Below, in pieces: positions 46,708 to 59,467 of a DNA stretch of 64,000 bases. The notes under the pieces are model-generated. The model searched no databases and was not told the DNA's origin. It saw only the letters and a program-made list of their open reading frames with translations. The stretch is from Macrostomum lignano. Taxonomy: Eukaryota. Every line of letters starts with the position of its first letter. The first letter of the stretch is position 1. Made by a program: the position numbers and the translations under genes. The stretch spans positions 62,001 through 126,000 of the forward strand of contig NIVC01002491.1 in NCBI GenBank assembly GCA_002269645.1. The letters run 5' to 3'.

Positions 46708-47830
46708 ACCTGTTGACAGGGTCTAGGGTTTACCTCTTGACAGGGTCTACCTGTTTACAAAGTCTACCTGTTTACAGGGTCTACCTGTTTACAGGGTCTA
46801 CCTGTTTACAGGGTCTACCTGTTTACAGGGTCTACCTGTTGACAGGGTCTACCTGTTTACAGGGTCTACCTGTTTACAGGGTCTACCTGTTTACAGGGTC
46901 TACCTGTTTACAGGGTCTACCTGTTGACAGGGTCTACCTGTTGACAGGGTCTACCTGTTGACAGGGTCTACCTGTTGACAGGGTCTACCTGTTGACAGGG
47001 TCTACCTGTTTACAGGGTCTACCTGTTTACAGGGTCTACCTGTTTACAGGGTCTACCTGTTTACAGGGTCTACCTGTTTACAGGGTCTACCTGTTTACAG
47101 GGTCTACCTGTTGACAGGGTCTACCTATTGACAGGGTCTACCTGTTGACAGGGTCTACCTGTTGACAGGGTCTACCTATTGACAGGGTCTACCTGTTGAC
47201 AGGGTCTACCTGTTGACAGGGTCTACCTGTTTACAGGGTCTACCTGTTTACAGGGTCTACCTGTTTACAGGGTCTACCTGTTGACAGGGTCTACCTGTTT
47301 ACAGGGTCTACCTGTTGACAGGGTCTACCTGTTTACAGGGTCTACCTGTTTACAGGGTCTACCTGTTTACAGGGTATACCTATTGACAGGGTATACCTGT
47401 TGACAGGGTCTACCTGTTTACAGGGTCTACCTGTTGACAGGGTCTACCTGTTGACAGGGTCTACCTGTTTACAGGGTCTACCTGTTTACAGGGTCTACCT
47501 GTTTACAGGGTCTACCTGTTGACAGGGTCTACCTGTTGACAGGGTCTACCTGTTGACAGGGTCTACCTGTTGACAGGGTCTACATGTACCTGTTGAAGGG
47601 TCTACCTGTTGACAGGGTCTACATGTACCTGTTGAAGGGTCTACCTGTTGACAGGGTCTACATGTACCTGTTGAAGGGTCTACCTGTTGACAGGGTTTGA
47701 CTGTTGACAAGGCATACCAGGTGACCTGGGCTACCTGTTAACAGGATCTACCTGTTGACCGGAGTTCTGTTGACATTGTTTACCTGTTGACAAGGCCTAC
47801 CAGGTGACCCGGGCTACCTGTTGACAGTTT
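46708..47830. repeat. 17-bp minisatellite (acagggtctacctgtt[t/g]), with degenerate right end
   Basis: Direct periodicity. Confidence 0.95.
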
Positions 47831-47907
47831 CTACCAGGCAATCGTTGCCGCCAGGGTTTCATTAAAAGTACATTCATTTGTTCAAATTGTCGCCACAGCT
47901 CAACTGC

Positions 47908-48300
47908 TCAAAAATTTGTTTCGGCGAATCGCAGCCGACAGTCGCCGCCTCCGTGGTCGTCGTCGACCTCCTCGTCCTCTTCGGCCGGATGCGGGCCGTC
48001 GTCCCCGCCGTGGACGTTCACCGGCGCGTAGCCGGGGGCCGACGGACCGCGGCTTGAAGTCGCCGGCGGCTGCGGCTGCTGCCTGCGGCGCTGCAGCCGG
48101 GCGGCCACCGGCCGGCATGGGGTGGCCAGGAGGGCGGCGAGAGCCTGCCGGAACTGCTCGGACATGCCGTAGTAAAAGAAGAAGTTGATGCTGTGGTTGA
48201 ACAGCGTCATCAGGTCGAATACATCGCCAAGAGGGTCGTAGAAGCGCTTGGAGAAGCAGTTCTTGTTCGATGAGGAACCGAGCAGGAAGAACATGACCGC
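47908..48300 (-). CDS. Rhodopsin-class peptide GPCR, last coding exon (ECL3, TM7, C-tail)
   Basis: cccAG acceptor; AVMFFLLG...LGDVFDLMTLFNHSINFFFYYGMSEQFR; phase 0 joins the exon at 55972-56877. Confidence 0.88.
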   Translation of the reverse strand, partial: AVMFFLLGSSSNKNCFSKRFYDPLGDVFDLMTLFNHSINFFFYYGMSEQFRQALAALLATPCRPVAARLQRRRQQPQPPATSSRGPSAPGYAPVNVHGGDDGPHPAEEDEEVDDDHGGGDCRLRFAETNF

Positions 48301-48349
48301 CTGGGCAGCGGGATGGGGAGTTGGGGATTTGATGAGCTCGAGTGGGACA

Positions 48350-49195
48350 CGCCATTGTGAATGAGACCCGGCGCCATTGTGAATGAGACCCGGAGCCATT
48401 GTGAATGAGACCCGGCGCCATTGTGAATGAGACCCGGAGCCATTGTGAATGAGACCCGGCGCCATTGTGAATGAGACCCGGAGCCATTGTGAATGAGACC
48501 CGGAGCCATTGTGAATGAGCGCCATTGTGAATGAGACCCGGCGCCAATTGTGAATGAGACCCGGCGCCATTGTGAATGAGACCCGGCGCCATTGTGAATG
48601 AGACCCGGCGCCATTGTGAATGAGACCCGGAGCCATTGTGAATGAGACCCGGAGCCATTGTGAATGAGACCCGGAGCCATTGTGAATGAGACCCGGAGCC
48701 ATTGTGAATGAGCGCCATTGTGAATGAGACCCGGCGCCATTGTGAATGAGACCCGGAGCCATTGAGAATGAGACATGAAGCCATCGTGAATGAGACCCGG
48801 AGCCATTGTGAATGAGACCCGGCGCCATTGTGAATGAGACTCGGAGCCATTGTGAATGAGACCCGGAGCCATTGTGAATGAGACCCGGAGCCATTGTGAA
48901 TGAGACCCGGAGCCATTGTGAATGAGACCCGGCGCCATTGTGAATGAGACCCGGAGCCATTGTGAATGAGACCCGGAGCCATTGTGAATGAGACCCGGCG
49001 CCATTGTGAAAATACCCGGAGCCATAGTGAAAAGACCCGGAGCCATAGTGAAAAGACCCGGAGCCATTGTGAATGAGACCCGGAGCCATAGTGAAAAGAC
49101 CCGGAGCCATTGTGAATGAGACCCGGAGCCATTGTGAATGAGACCCGGAGCCATTGTGAATGAGACCCGGAGCCATAGTGAAAAGACCCGGAGCC
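48350..49195. repeat. 22-bp minisatellite (gccattgtgaatgagacccgg[a/c]), GPCR intron
   Basis: Direct periodicity. Confidence 0.95.
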
Positions 49196-49369
49196 AGTTG
49201 AAAGAAACTCGAGAATGTTAAAGCAATTGAAGTCAATCGAGAAGCTCTATTAAAGCTGATTTTATCCAAGCATTTTTATTCTCTTTCTTATTTAGCACAA
49301 CAAAGAGGGGCCTTTGATAACGGCAGTCCGTCAGTAGCGTCAGTTGAGTTGAACACTCAAAAATTCACT

Positions 49370-49830
49370 CAACTCTCCTTGAGCCTCTACCGACTCTCCC
49401 TGAGCCTCCACTGACTCTCCCTGAAGCCTCTACCGACTCTCCCTGAGCCTCCACTGACTCTCCCTGAAGCCTTTACCGGCTCTCCCTGAAGCCTTCACCG
49501 CTGTCCCTGAAGCATTCACCAATTCTCCATGAGACCTCATCCACCGACTCTCCCTGAAAACTCTACCGGCTCTCCCTGAAGCCTCCACTGACTCTCCCTG
49601 AAAACTCTACCGGCTCTCCCTGAAGCCTCCACTGACTCTCCCTGAAAACTCTACCGGCTCTCCCTGAAGCCTCCACTGACTCTCCCTGAAAACTCTACCG
49701 GCTCTCCCTGAAGTCTTCACCGACTCTTCATGAGACCTCCTTCACCGACTCTCCCTCAAGCCTTCACCGACTCTCCCTGAAGCCTTCAGTGCCTCTCCCT
49801 GAAGCCTCTACCGACTCTCCCTGAAGCCTT
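49370..49830. repeat. About 21-bp degenerate minisatellite (cgactctccctgaagcctcta), GPCR intron
   Basis: Imperfect tandem copies. Confidence 0.85.
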
Positions 49831-50624
49831 TCAAGATTGACCTACCCACGTAAGCTCGAGTCCTACACAATTTAACTGTGCTTTGCTTGACTCACAACAA
49901 AACAAGAGGCATCCAAGTGAACAGATTTCTATAGTAATGCCTCAAGTGGCGCACTCTGTTAATTAGAAGCTGGAAAAGGGGAGCATTTGCAGGGAGACTG
50001 AATGCCAGACAGACAATGGGACTACTGAAAATGACAAAAGGGGACCGGGGCAGAGAGATGAGGATAAATAGAGATTCAGAGAGTCAAAAGCCAACCCTGT
50101 CACAACAGGGAGGACTCAGTGCCCGCTGGAAGCACCTGCTATTGCTGCTTTTTAATTAAAATTCTATTTCCTGGATTTTGAGCCCTCGAGCCGAACCGGC
50201 CTATTGTTTCTAGGCGGGGGGGAACGTAGAAAATCCTCTCGCTCGAGTTGGCACTGTGTCTTCCTATCCGCATCTCCTACTAGCATTTCTCGTTTAATTT
50301 TCAATTTCCATTTTTTTCTTCTGCCAATTTTCCACTAGAAGGGTCTGATCGGATAACAATTTAAACTGTGCCTTCTCTGTCTCTCTCTGCTCTCCATTTT
50401 GTCTGTGTTTGCGAAATTTTGCTTCCAGCTCAGCGAGCCGCTGTCTTTTGATTGAACAGCATTTTGTATTGCCTGTGCCACCCACTGCCTCACCTGCCTG
50501 CTCAGCCTAGTGGGTCTCTTTGCTTTTAGTCTGTACATAATCAAGCACTTCTGTCGGAAGCGCTTTGAGAAGAGCAACACAGACGATTCTGTTTGATTAT
50601 CCCAAGCAGAATTTTGCGATGCTT

Positions 50625-51452
50625 CAGGGGTGCATTGGTGTGTCTGCGGGATGCACTGAGAGTCAGGGGGTGCATTGGAGTGTCTGCGGGATGCACTGAG
50701 AGTCAGGGTGCATTGGAGTGTGTGCGGGATGCACTGAGAGTCAGGGTGCCTTTGAGTGTCTGCGGGATGCACTGAGAGTCAGGGTGCCTTTGAGTGTCTG
50801 CGGGATGCACTGAGAGTCAGGGGTGCATTGGAGTGTCTGCGGGATGCACTGAGAGTCAGGGCGCATTGGAGTGTCTGCGGGATGCACTGAGAGTCAGGGC
50901 GCATTGGAGTGTCTGCGGGATGCACTGAGAGTCAGGGTGCATTGGAGTGTCTGCGGGATGCACTGAGAGTCAGGGTGCATTGGTGTGTCTGCGGGATGCA
51001 CTGAGAGTCAGGGTGCATTGGTGTGTGTGCGGGATGCACTGAGAGTCAGGGTGCATTGGAGTGTGTGCGGGATGCACTGAGAGTCAGGGTGCATTGGTGT
51101 GTCTGCGGGATGCACTGAGAGTCAGGGCGCATTGGAGTGTCTGCGGGATGCACTGAGAGTCAGGGTGCATTGGAGTGTCTGCGGGATGCACTGAGAGTCA
51201 GGGGGTGCATTGAAGTGTCTGCGGGATGCACTGAGAGTCAGGGGGTGCATTGGAGTGTGTGCGGGATGCACTGAGAGTCAGGGTGCATTGGAGTGTGTGC
51301 GAGATGCACTGAGAGTCAGGGGGTGCATTGGAGTGTGTGCGGGATGCACTGAGAGTCAGGGTGCATTGGAGTGTGTGCGAGATGCACTGAGAGTCAGGGT
51401 GCATTGGAGTGTCTGCGGGATGCACTGAGAGTCAGGGTGCATTGGTGTGTCT
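50625..51452. repeat. 38-bp minisatellite (gggatgcactgagagtcagggtgcattggagtgtctgc), GPCR intron
   Basis: Direct periodicity. Confidence 0.95.
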
Positions 51453-52295
51453 CTGACAGTCTGACGAAAACCTAGAGGTTCAGGTTAATGGGTTGGAGCT
51501 GTGCAGGCAAACAACACTGGTAAGTGTAAAAAAGTTTCAAATCTGAAATGGAGGCAAACAATAAAAAAAAAGAATTGTTCCTTCTCAACACTTCCGGAGG
51601 CAGTTTTCTGCCTATAGGAAGCAATGAAAGATTTTTATTGTCACCTTCGCGGGGATGTTAATTATGCTCCCGCTGGTGCACGCGGCGGTTCGGCGTATTT
51701 GTCGATGAGGATGGAGACGGCTGCACTTTCCCTTCAACCCGGGGGGGGGGGGTCGCCTCTCCTTCCTGTCATCTCCTGGCTTGATTGAAGAAGTCGCCAC
51801 GCTGCCTCAGCCCGCCTCCTCCGCCTCCGCTCTCCGCACAGCGCAGACGTCACATCGATTTCTCCATCATGCGGCTCATGCGGCATGCGGAGGACGGGCG
51901 AAGGGGGGGGGACAGGACTGGGGAGACCGCAGTGGTGAACTACGGAAGCAGAACTTGTTCAAAGAATGGGGCTGCAGGGAGCTGAGCGCTGGATTTATTG
52001 TTAGAAGACAGTTGCAGATGCTCAGCTAACGAAAGCTCCTGGCGAGCTGTCAAAGAGAGGCTCACACGAGCTTATTAATGCTGGGTCATGGCACTGGGGA
52101 GGCGGAAGAGAAGTGTGTGTGGTCCGCTTGTTTGTCTGTTCTCTGAAAATGATTTTTATAAAGCTTTAATTTTACAAATTGGCTTTTCAGATGTTAAGGA
52201 AAATCCCCTGGCTGCTGCTTTTGCGGTTATTACGTTTCGAGTGGCTAAAATGCTGCTTCAGATTCGACGTTTAATGTCGAGGAGTATCAAGCTAG

Positions 52296-52975
52296 ATGGT
52301 CCCTTAGCTCGATGGTCCCTTAGCTCGATGGTCCCTTAGCTCGATGGTCCCTTAGCTCGATCGATGGTCCCTTAGCTCGATGGTCCCTTAGCTCGATGGT
52401 CCCTTAGCTCGATGGTCCCTTAGCTCGATGGTCCCTTAGCTCGATGGTCCCTTAGCTCGATGGTCCCTTAGCTCGATGGTCCCTTAGCTCGATGGTCCCT
52501 TAGCTCGATGGTCCCTTAGCTCGATGGTCCCTTAGCTCGATGGTCCCTTAGCTCGATGGTCCCTTAGCTCGATGGTCCCTTAGCTCGATGGTCCCTTAGC
52601 TCGATGGTCCCTTAGCTCGATGGTCCCTTAGCTCGATGGTCCCTTAGCTCGATGGTCCCTTAGCTCGATGGTCCCTTAGCTCGATGGTCCCTTAGCTCGA
52701 TGGTCCCTTAGCTCGATGGTCCCTTAGCTCGATGGTCCCTTAGCTCGATGGTCCCTTAGCTCGATGGTCCCTTAGCTCGATGGTCCCTTAGCTCGATGGT
52801 CCCTTAGCTCGATGGTCCCTTAGCTCGATGGTCCCTTAGCTCGATGGTCCCTTAGCTCGATGGTCCCTTAGCTCGATGGTCCCTTAGCTCGATGGTCCCT
52901 TAGCTCGATGGTCCCTTAGCTCGATGGTCCCTTAGCTCGATGGTCCCTTAGCTCGATGGTCCCTTAGCTCGATGG
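52296..52975. repeat. 16-bp near-perfect minisatellite (gatggtcccttagctc), about 42 copies, GPCR intron
   Basis: Direct periodicity. Confidence 0.97.
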
Positions 52976-54459
52976 TAACCGATGGCAACGCGACACGGAC
53001 TATACCGCAAATATCGGAATCCTGCTCAATCCAGATGATGGTTTTCATTCCAGATGTTCAGTCTCAGTAGTCCATGAACGGTCGTGGCCATAGAAGCTAG
53101 TCGGGTGTTTCTGTGCTCACGACTCCACCCGAACCACGGCTTAACAGTTACGATATTGCGGGGTCTTCTGCTGCGTTTTTCTTAATAAAAATCAATGCCC
53201 AGGAGGAACCCGTGTTTATCAGTCCCTTCGTCTCTGTGCGTCTTCACAGACCATCGATCTCAGCTTCGCATCCGTGACACAGTCGCAGCGCTGCCCTCGA
53301 CTAAAACACCGCCTTGCCCTCCCTCTATTAGTCAGCTGGCGTCAAAGACTGAGGTGTGCTAATAGTCACTGACAGGTTTTCACCCCCTAAATTAATCTTC
53401 GGCTCTGATATAAGCGACAGGTGCGACATACTCAGGGGGGACAGAGTGACAGAGAGAGAAAGAGAGCGGAACGGAGCGGAAAAGGCAGGTGAACAGAGGA
53501 TAGCAACAGATTGGCACAGGCAAGAAGCAACACCGTCTGACTGTAAGTCAGTCAGTCAGTCAGTCAAAGTAAGTCGTGATTGCTAGATAAACTGCACCAG
53601 CCAGTCTAAACAGAGACCCAGCGCCCCGACCGGCTTGACCCACCCGACCGATCGCTAAGCGTATAGAAGATGGCAGAAGACTCATACTAGTGGCTGCAAA
53701 GTAAACCTTATATGCGACTGCAGTTAAATTACCAGAGGCAGAAGGAAGAGATGGTCAGAGCAGATAGAGCGGCTCTCCAAGAGGGGTCCCGCGGTTAAAA
53801 GTTGGAGACCGGCTGTCCGAGTTGGGCAGAGATTTCGCCGAAAAAGTTGACCCGCGACCGGCCTATACTGATATGCCATACTGAGCTGGCTTGGCAAGTC
53901 TTGGAAAATAAAATTAATGCGGTTTTATCGATGCACTTCGCCACCTGATTGTCGGGTGACTTCACTCCCTCGGCTCAGACTCTCTCCCGCACTATTTCTA
54001 ATAGGGCTCTCCGGCTCTCTTCCACTGCGAAGAAGTCAAGTAGGAGAAATCCTTGATCCCACGATATACTTTCTTTTGAGTACCCCGCCTCCAGCCGCTG
54101 TTTCGCCTCGGGGACAGCTCGGGCAGCGAGGACTCTTCTATCCCCTCCACGGCCCTTCAAAAGATTCAACCGTGAAACGCAAAACGGGATTAAGGCACTA
54201 TATGGGTTCGGAAGTGACTTCCTGAGCTTGCTCTCCGATCTACCTGTCTGTCTTCAGAGCTGTCAGGAGCGATTTTACATCCGTTTGAGTCCCCTTCCTA
54301 TATGCCCTAGCTTATCTTAGTTCTTAAAGAATTTTTCTTTGACAGGTGCAAAGGCTCGAGTCTCAGGTGCGAGCTGAAACACTCACTTTCTGAGCGATTT
54401 AATGAGTCCCTGGAAACAGAGTGGGAGAGTGCAGACTGCCGGGAAGGGAAAGTCTTCCT

Positions 54460-54935
<476 letters not shown>

Positions 54936-55694
54936 GGTTAAATCATTTACAAGGTGCGAGATTCGCGTATGAATTTCCGAGTAGATAGTATCAAAGGACC
55001 CCCTCTCGAAAGACCTATCGCAGGACTTGTCCGCCAATTTATTCGTCTTTTCGTTAATTCTCGAAAAAGAATTTTACAGACGATGAAAAATTCTGAGTGA
55101 ATTCCAGATCTACAGGTGATTAACAGAGCAGTTCATTGCATCCAAGGTAAGTCCAATCCGAATCCCCGGGTCTTTGGTGCAACAGAGAAATTCAGCCCGA
55201 AACAGAAGCCCCCCCTAGTCGCATCTATCTTCCCAGGCAGGGGATCAACATTGTTCTCCGATTGCGGGACACCAATTCCACGGGAGGGCAGATTATCCTT
55301 AGCTGCCCTGCCACGGTGCCAGCTTCGAGTTTCGGCCAAACAAAACTCCCCAGCATGACTTTGCCTCTCTCCGCTGGCCCCAAGGTACACGGAAACCCAC
55401 TGCACTGATGATGCATAGCCGATAAATCATAACACTGCTTCCCGTCCGCTTATAAGTGTAGTTGTGTCTTCCTTCCGCGGGCCTACATGTAAATTCCTCT
55501 CATGTCGATAGGGCTAGATCCCAGCTGAAGTCATCGGGCTCTGTGAAGCTGATGCACAGCCGGCTTGAATATTAATACCAGCCGTAGCAGTGGTAGTTTG
55601 TTCATCAGTTTTATATGATTGTCTGTAATAATACTGCTTAGTGTTTTTCTCATTCATGCACTTGAATGTGCAGCAAGACTAGAGAGGGTGTTCA

Positions 55695-55945
55695 CGCAGC
55701 TGGATGAGTCATCTAACTATCGATTAGCCAATGTAAGCAAAACTGGATGAGTCATCCGACTATCGATTAGCTAATGTGCGCACAGCTGGATGAGTCATCC
55801 GACTATCGATTAGCCAATGTGTGCACAGCTGGATGAGTCATCCGACTATCGATTAGTCAATGTGCGCACAGCTGGATGAGTCATCCGACTATCGATTAGC
55901 CAATGTACGCACAGCTGGATGGGTCATCCGACTATCGAGTTGCCA
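55695..55945. repeat. 43-bp minisatellite with the palindrome GGATGAGTCATCC, 6 copies, GPCR intron
   Basis: TGAGTCA at 55705, 55748, 55791, 55834 and 55877; variant at 55920. Confidence 0.9.
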
Positions 55946-55971
55946 ATCAATGCACTATGTCCCAGGCGTAC

Positions 55972-56877
55972 CTGAGGCATGATGCTGACTACGCTGACAA
56001 GCACGATGGTTGTGAGCAGTTTGGTAGTTCGAGTCATCTGCTTGTCATCGTTGGCGGCTGCGGCCTGATGCTTGCCAGCCGCCGCTGCCGCACCAGTCTT
56101 GGCTCCGGAGCGCAGAGTCCGCCGCCTCTCGTCGGTCCGTTTCAGTGATCGAATCAGAAAGATGCTGAGCACGGTGAGCAGCAGGACTGGCAGGAATTTT
56201 ATGCCGATGCCCATTATCCAGAAGTTCAGACTGCTCAACACTGAGTCCTGCGAAAATTTCAGCCCGAATGTGTAATAAGACCCGTTGATGTCCAGCTGGC
56301 AGGAGTGCTGGCGCAGAGACACGGTCTCCGCGTCCGTGGGCACCACGTGATGCCCGAGAGTGTTCGGCACCACCATGCCGACGGAGGCGGCGGCGGCCAG
56401 AGCGATGGCGAGTCGGGCGGTGCGGCCGGTGCACAGCTGCTTGCTCCGGACCGGCAGCTCGATGTACACCAAGCGGAAGGTGGCCAGGGCTACGGTGATC
56501 CAAGAGCTGCAGGCGTGAGCAAAGATTGTCACGCACAGCTGAGCCCATAGAAACAGTTGCCATGGCAACGGCTCCGGACAGTCCAGCTTCAGCCGGTTGT
56601 TCATGGTGAAGTAGAGGCAGAACGGCAGGTAGACGGTGGACATGAGGCAGTCAGACAGGGCCAGAGCGGTCAGCAGGGTGTTGGTGGGGTTGCGCATCGA
56701 AGGCTGTGCGAACACAGCGATGTTCACCAGGTTGGTGGTGACGCCCAGGCTGCACACGAAGGTGGCCAGGTACTTGTGCACGTCCGGGTACCTGCTGGAC
56801 AGGGCGGCCAGCAGCGGCGGGACCGGGTCGCACTCGAGAGCGGTGCCGTTGTCCAGCGTTGAAGTCGAGTTGGCCAT
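55972..56877 (-). CDS. Rhodopsin-class peptide GPCR (myosuppressin/sex-peptide-receptor-like, Srw-type), first coding exon, TM1-TM6; full protein 432 aa
   Basis: GVTTNLVNIAVF, RNPTNTLLTALALSD, HACSSWITVALATFRL, KFLPVLLLTVLSIFLI, RTTKLL...MPQ; GTACGC donor; in-frame TGA 15 nt upstream of the ATG. Confidence 0.9.
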
Positions 56878-56907
56878 CTGCTGTTGAGTTCACTGGAGGG
56901 CGGGAGA

Positions 56908-57500
56908 GTGAGCGGGGTGATTAGAGATGCCAGTGATGAGTGAGCGGGGTGATTAGAGATGCCAGTGATGAGTGAGCGGGGTGATTAGAGATGCCAGTGA
57001 TGAGTGAGCGGGGTGATTAGAGATGCCAGTGATGAGTAAGCGGGGTGATTAGAGATGCCAGTGATGAGTGAGCGGGGTGATTAGAGATGCCAGTGATGAG
57101 TGAGCGGGGTGATTAGAGATGCCAGTGATGAGTGAGCGGGGTGATTAGAGATGCCAGTGATGAGTGAGCGGGGTGATTAGAGATGCCAGTGATGAGTGAG
57201 CGGGGTGATTAGAGATGCCAGTGATGAGTGAGCGGGGTGATTAGAGATGCCAGTGATGAGTGAGCGGGGTGATTAGAGATGCCAGTGATGAGTGAGCGGG
57301 GTGATTAGAGATGCCAGTGATGAGTGAGCGGGGTGATTAGAGATGCCAGTGATGAGTGAGCGGGGTGATTAGAGATGCCAGTGATGAGTGAGCGGGGTGA
57401 TTAGAGATGCCAGTGATGAGTGAGCGGGGTGATTAGAGATGCCAGTGATGAGTGAGCGGGGTGATTAGAGATGCCAGTGATGAGTGAGCGTCGTGATTAG
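56908..57500. repeat. 32-bp minisatellite (gagtgagcggggtgattagagatgccagtgat), about 18 copies, in a probable 5'UTR intron of the GPCR
   Basis: Direct periodicity; abuts a ctccAG acceptor at 56893 on the minus strand. Confidence 0.95.
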
Positions 57501-58489
57501 AGACGGCAGTGGTGGGGTTAAAACTGACGACAAGATTAAAAATCGTGACTGACTGCGCTTCCAGACGGGAGTATGCGAAATTTCTCAAACTGCTCAGCTA
57601 AGAAACTTCTTCGAGGTCAAATCTGACAGAGAGGTCCATTCCAGACAGACAGACCTAGTGGCGTGAATAACGTTGAAAATCCCTTAAGCCAGTCAGAGGT
57701 ATTTGAGCGGCTGACAGGCCGGAAATCCCATCAAATCAGGCCGCCTCTCATCGAGATTATCCAGTAGCTTTTACTGGAGCCCGTTATCCCACTGCTTACT
57801 GCTGCTGCAATCTGTCTGACTGTCTATTCTATCTATCTATCTAAAACAGAACTGAGACTCTCATGAGCGGGTTGCAGCGGTGGAAAACAGTTGTAAATCA
57901 TTGGCTTTCAATGTGAGAAAATCTGCTTTCGCCCTACCCAAGGCAGACAGACAGTTTGATTTAAATTGCGCTGACAGGGAAAGCAAAGCCAACGGAGATT
58001 TCAACTCGAATTTCCCCCTAGCAACAGAATGAGACCTGAATGAAATGGCGAGTGCTCTGCCTTAGTAATTCCCCAGGATCAGAAGGGTTTGCAGTGCTCC
58101 CCTCCCCCAAAAGTTACATCTGTTGCCGGAGAATTTCTGCTACAGAACAAACGCTCAGATTGAAATGGGATTTGGACACTCGGAATACGGAAGAACAATT
58201 GCTGTGTCTGGGGAGGGGGGCTTAACATGTGAAGGCGAAAAGCTATTCAAAGATTTGATTGCGATTCACACGCAGTGTTTGACCTGAGACTGACGACAAT
58301 AGCCACTCCCCCCCCCCCAAGAGCTATGGAAACCGGAGCAGAGAGTTTTGAATTGCTTCTTTGATTTCTTGGGCGGTGACTCTTCTAGCGGACTTTGCTT
58401 TGCTGGCAGCAACTCGGGGTATTGGGACGAGTTTGACGAAGTTAAGCTGCGAATTTGGTCACAGTAATATGCCGTTTTGCCTGCTCTGC

Positions 58490-58860
58490 CACACCCCCAT
58501 CGCTCTCCCTTCATCTCCCTACCTCTCTCCCTTCATCTCCTTGCCGCTATCCCTTCATTCTCTCTAATTATTGTCCCTTCATCTCAATACCTCTCTCCCT
58601 TCATCTTCTTACCTGTCTCCCTTAATCTCCCTGACTCTCTCCCTTAATCTCCCTACCTCTCTCCCTTCATCTCCCTACATCTCTCCCTTCATCTCCTTGC
58701 CGCTATCCCTTCATTCTCTCTAATTCTCTCCTTTCATCTCCTTACCGCTATCCCTTCATTCTCCCTAATTATTGTCCCTTCATCTCAATACCTCTCTCCC
58801 TTCATCTCCCTACCTCTCTCCCATCATCTCCCTCCATCTCCCTACCTCTCTTACTACTTT
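58490..58860. repeat. Pyrimidine-rich degenerate repeat (ctctctcccttcatctccctac)
   Basis: Imperfect tandem copies. Confidence 0.82.
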
Positions 58861-59467
58861 TTCTATTTTCTACTTCTGTCCCCAACGCAGACTTCAATTT
58901 TAATCATTATTCCCATTGAAACGGGAAACTTCCCCAACAAATCTCAATAAAAAAGCGGCACTACTCAATGAAAACTAATGAGCGCTCAGGATCATAAATC
59001 CTCTTTGAAGTCTGACTCGCTACGCCATGCAGCCATTTGCTTCTTACCTTTTTTTTTACATTTTCTTCAAAGCCAGTTAAGATTTTTCCTCTGACTTATT
59101 TTCATTGCATTGCCTCTCCCGTTGAGAAGCTCACTGGCTGACTATCGCAACCGATTTTCACTCAACCTCGCTGTTGCCCCCCGCCTGCCTGCCTGACTGA
59201 GCGGCATTCGCCAGCTCGTCCCTGCATCCGTGAGCTGAGCACGGCAACTGGGGAATTTGAGCTGAGCAAGCTTGAGAAGAGCTGCGCTACGTTCGAAAGG
59301 GCGGGGCCGCAGCACAGGGTAGGGTGGGACAAACACGACAGCAAGCCTCACCACCGCTTTGCTCCCGGGGATGCGTTCTGGGTTCCGGCTTTTTAGTGAG
59401 CGAGACGATGGAGAGCTGGATGATGGAGACATTTTTTAATGCGGAAAGCTTAATGCAATTATGAGTA

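Noticed and set aside
53980-54170. Resemblance to the LINE 3'UTR at 17760-17810 (ccgctg...gggacagc...ggcagc)
   Set aside because: Similarity is short and no convincing RT frame precedes it
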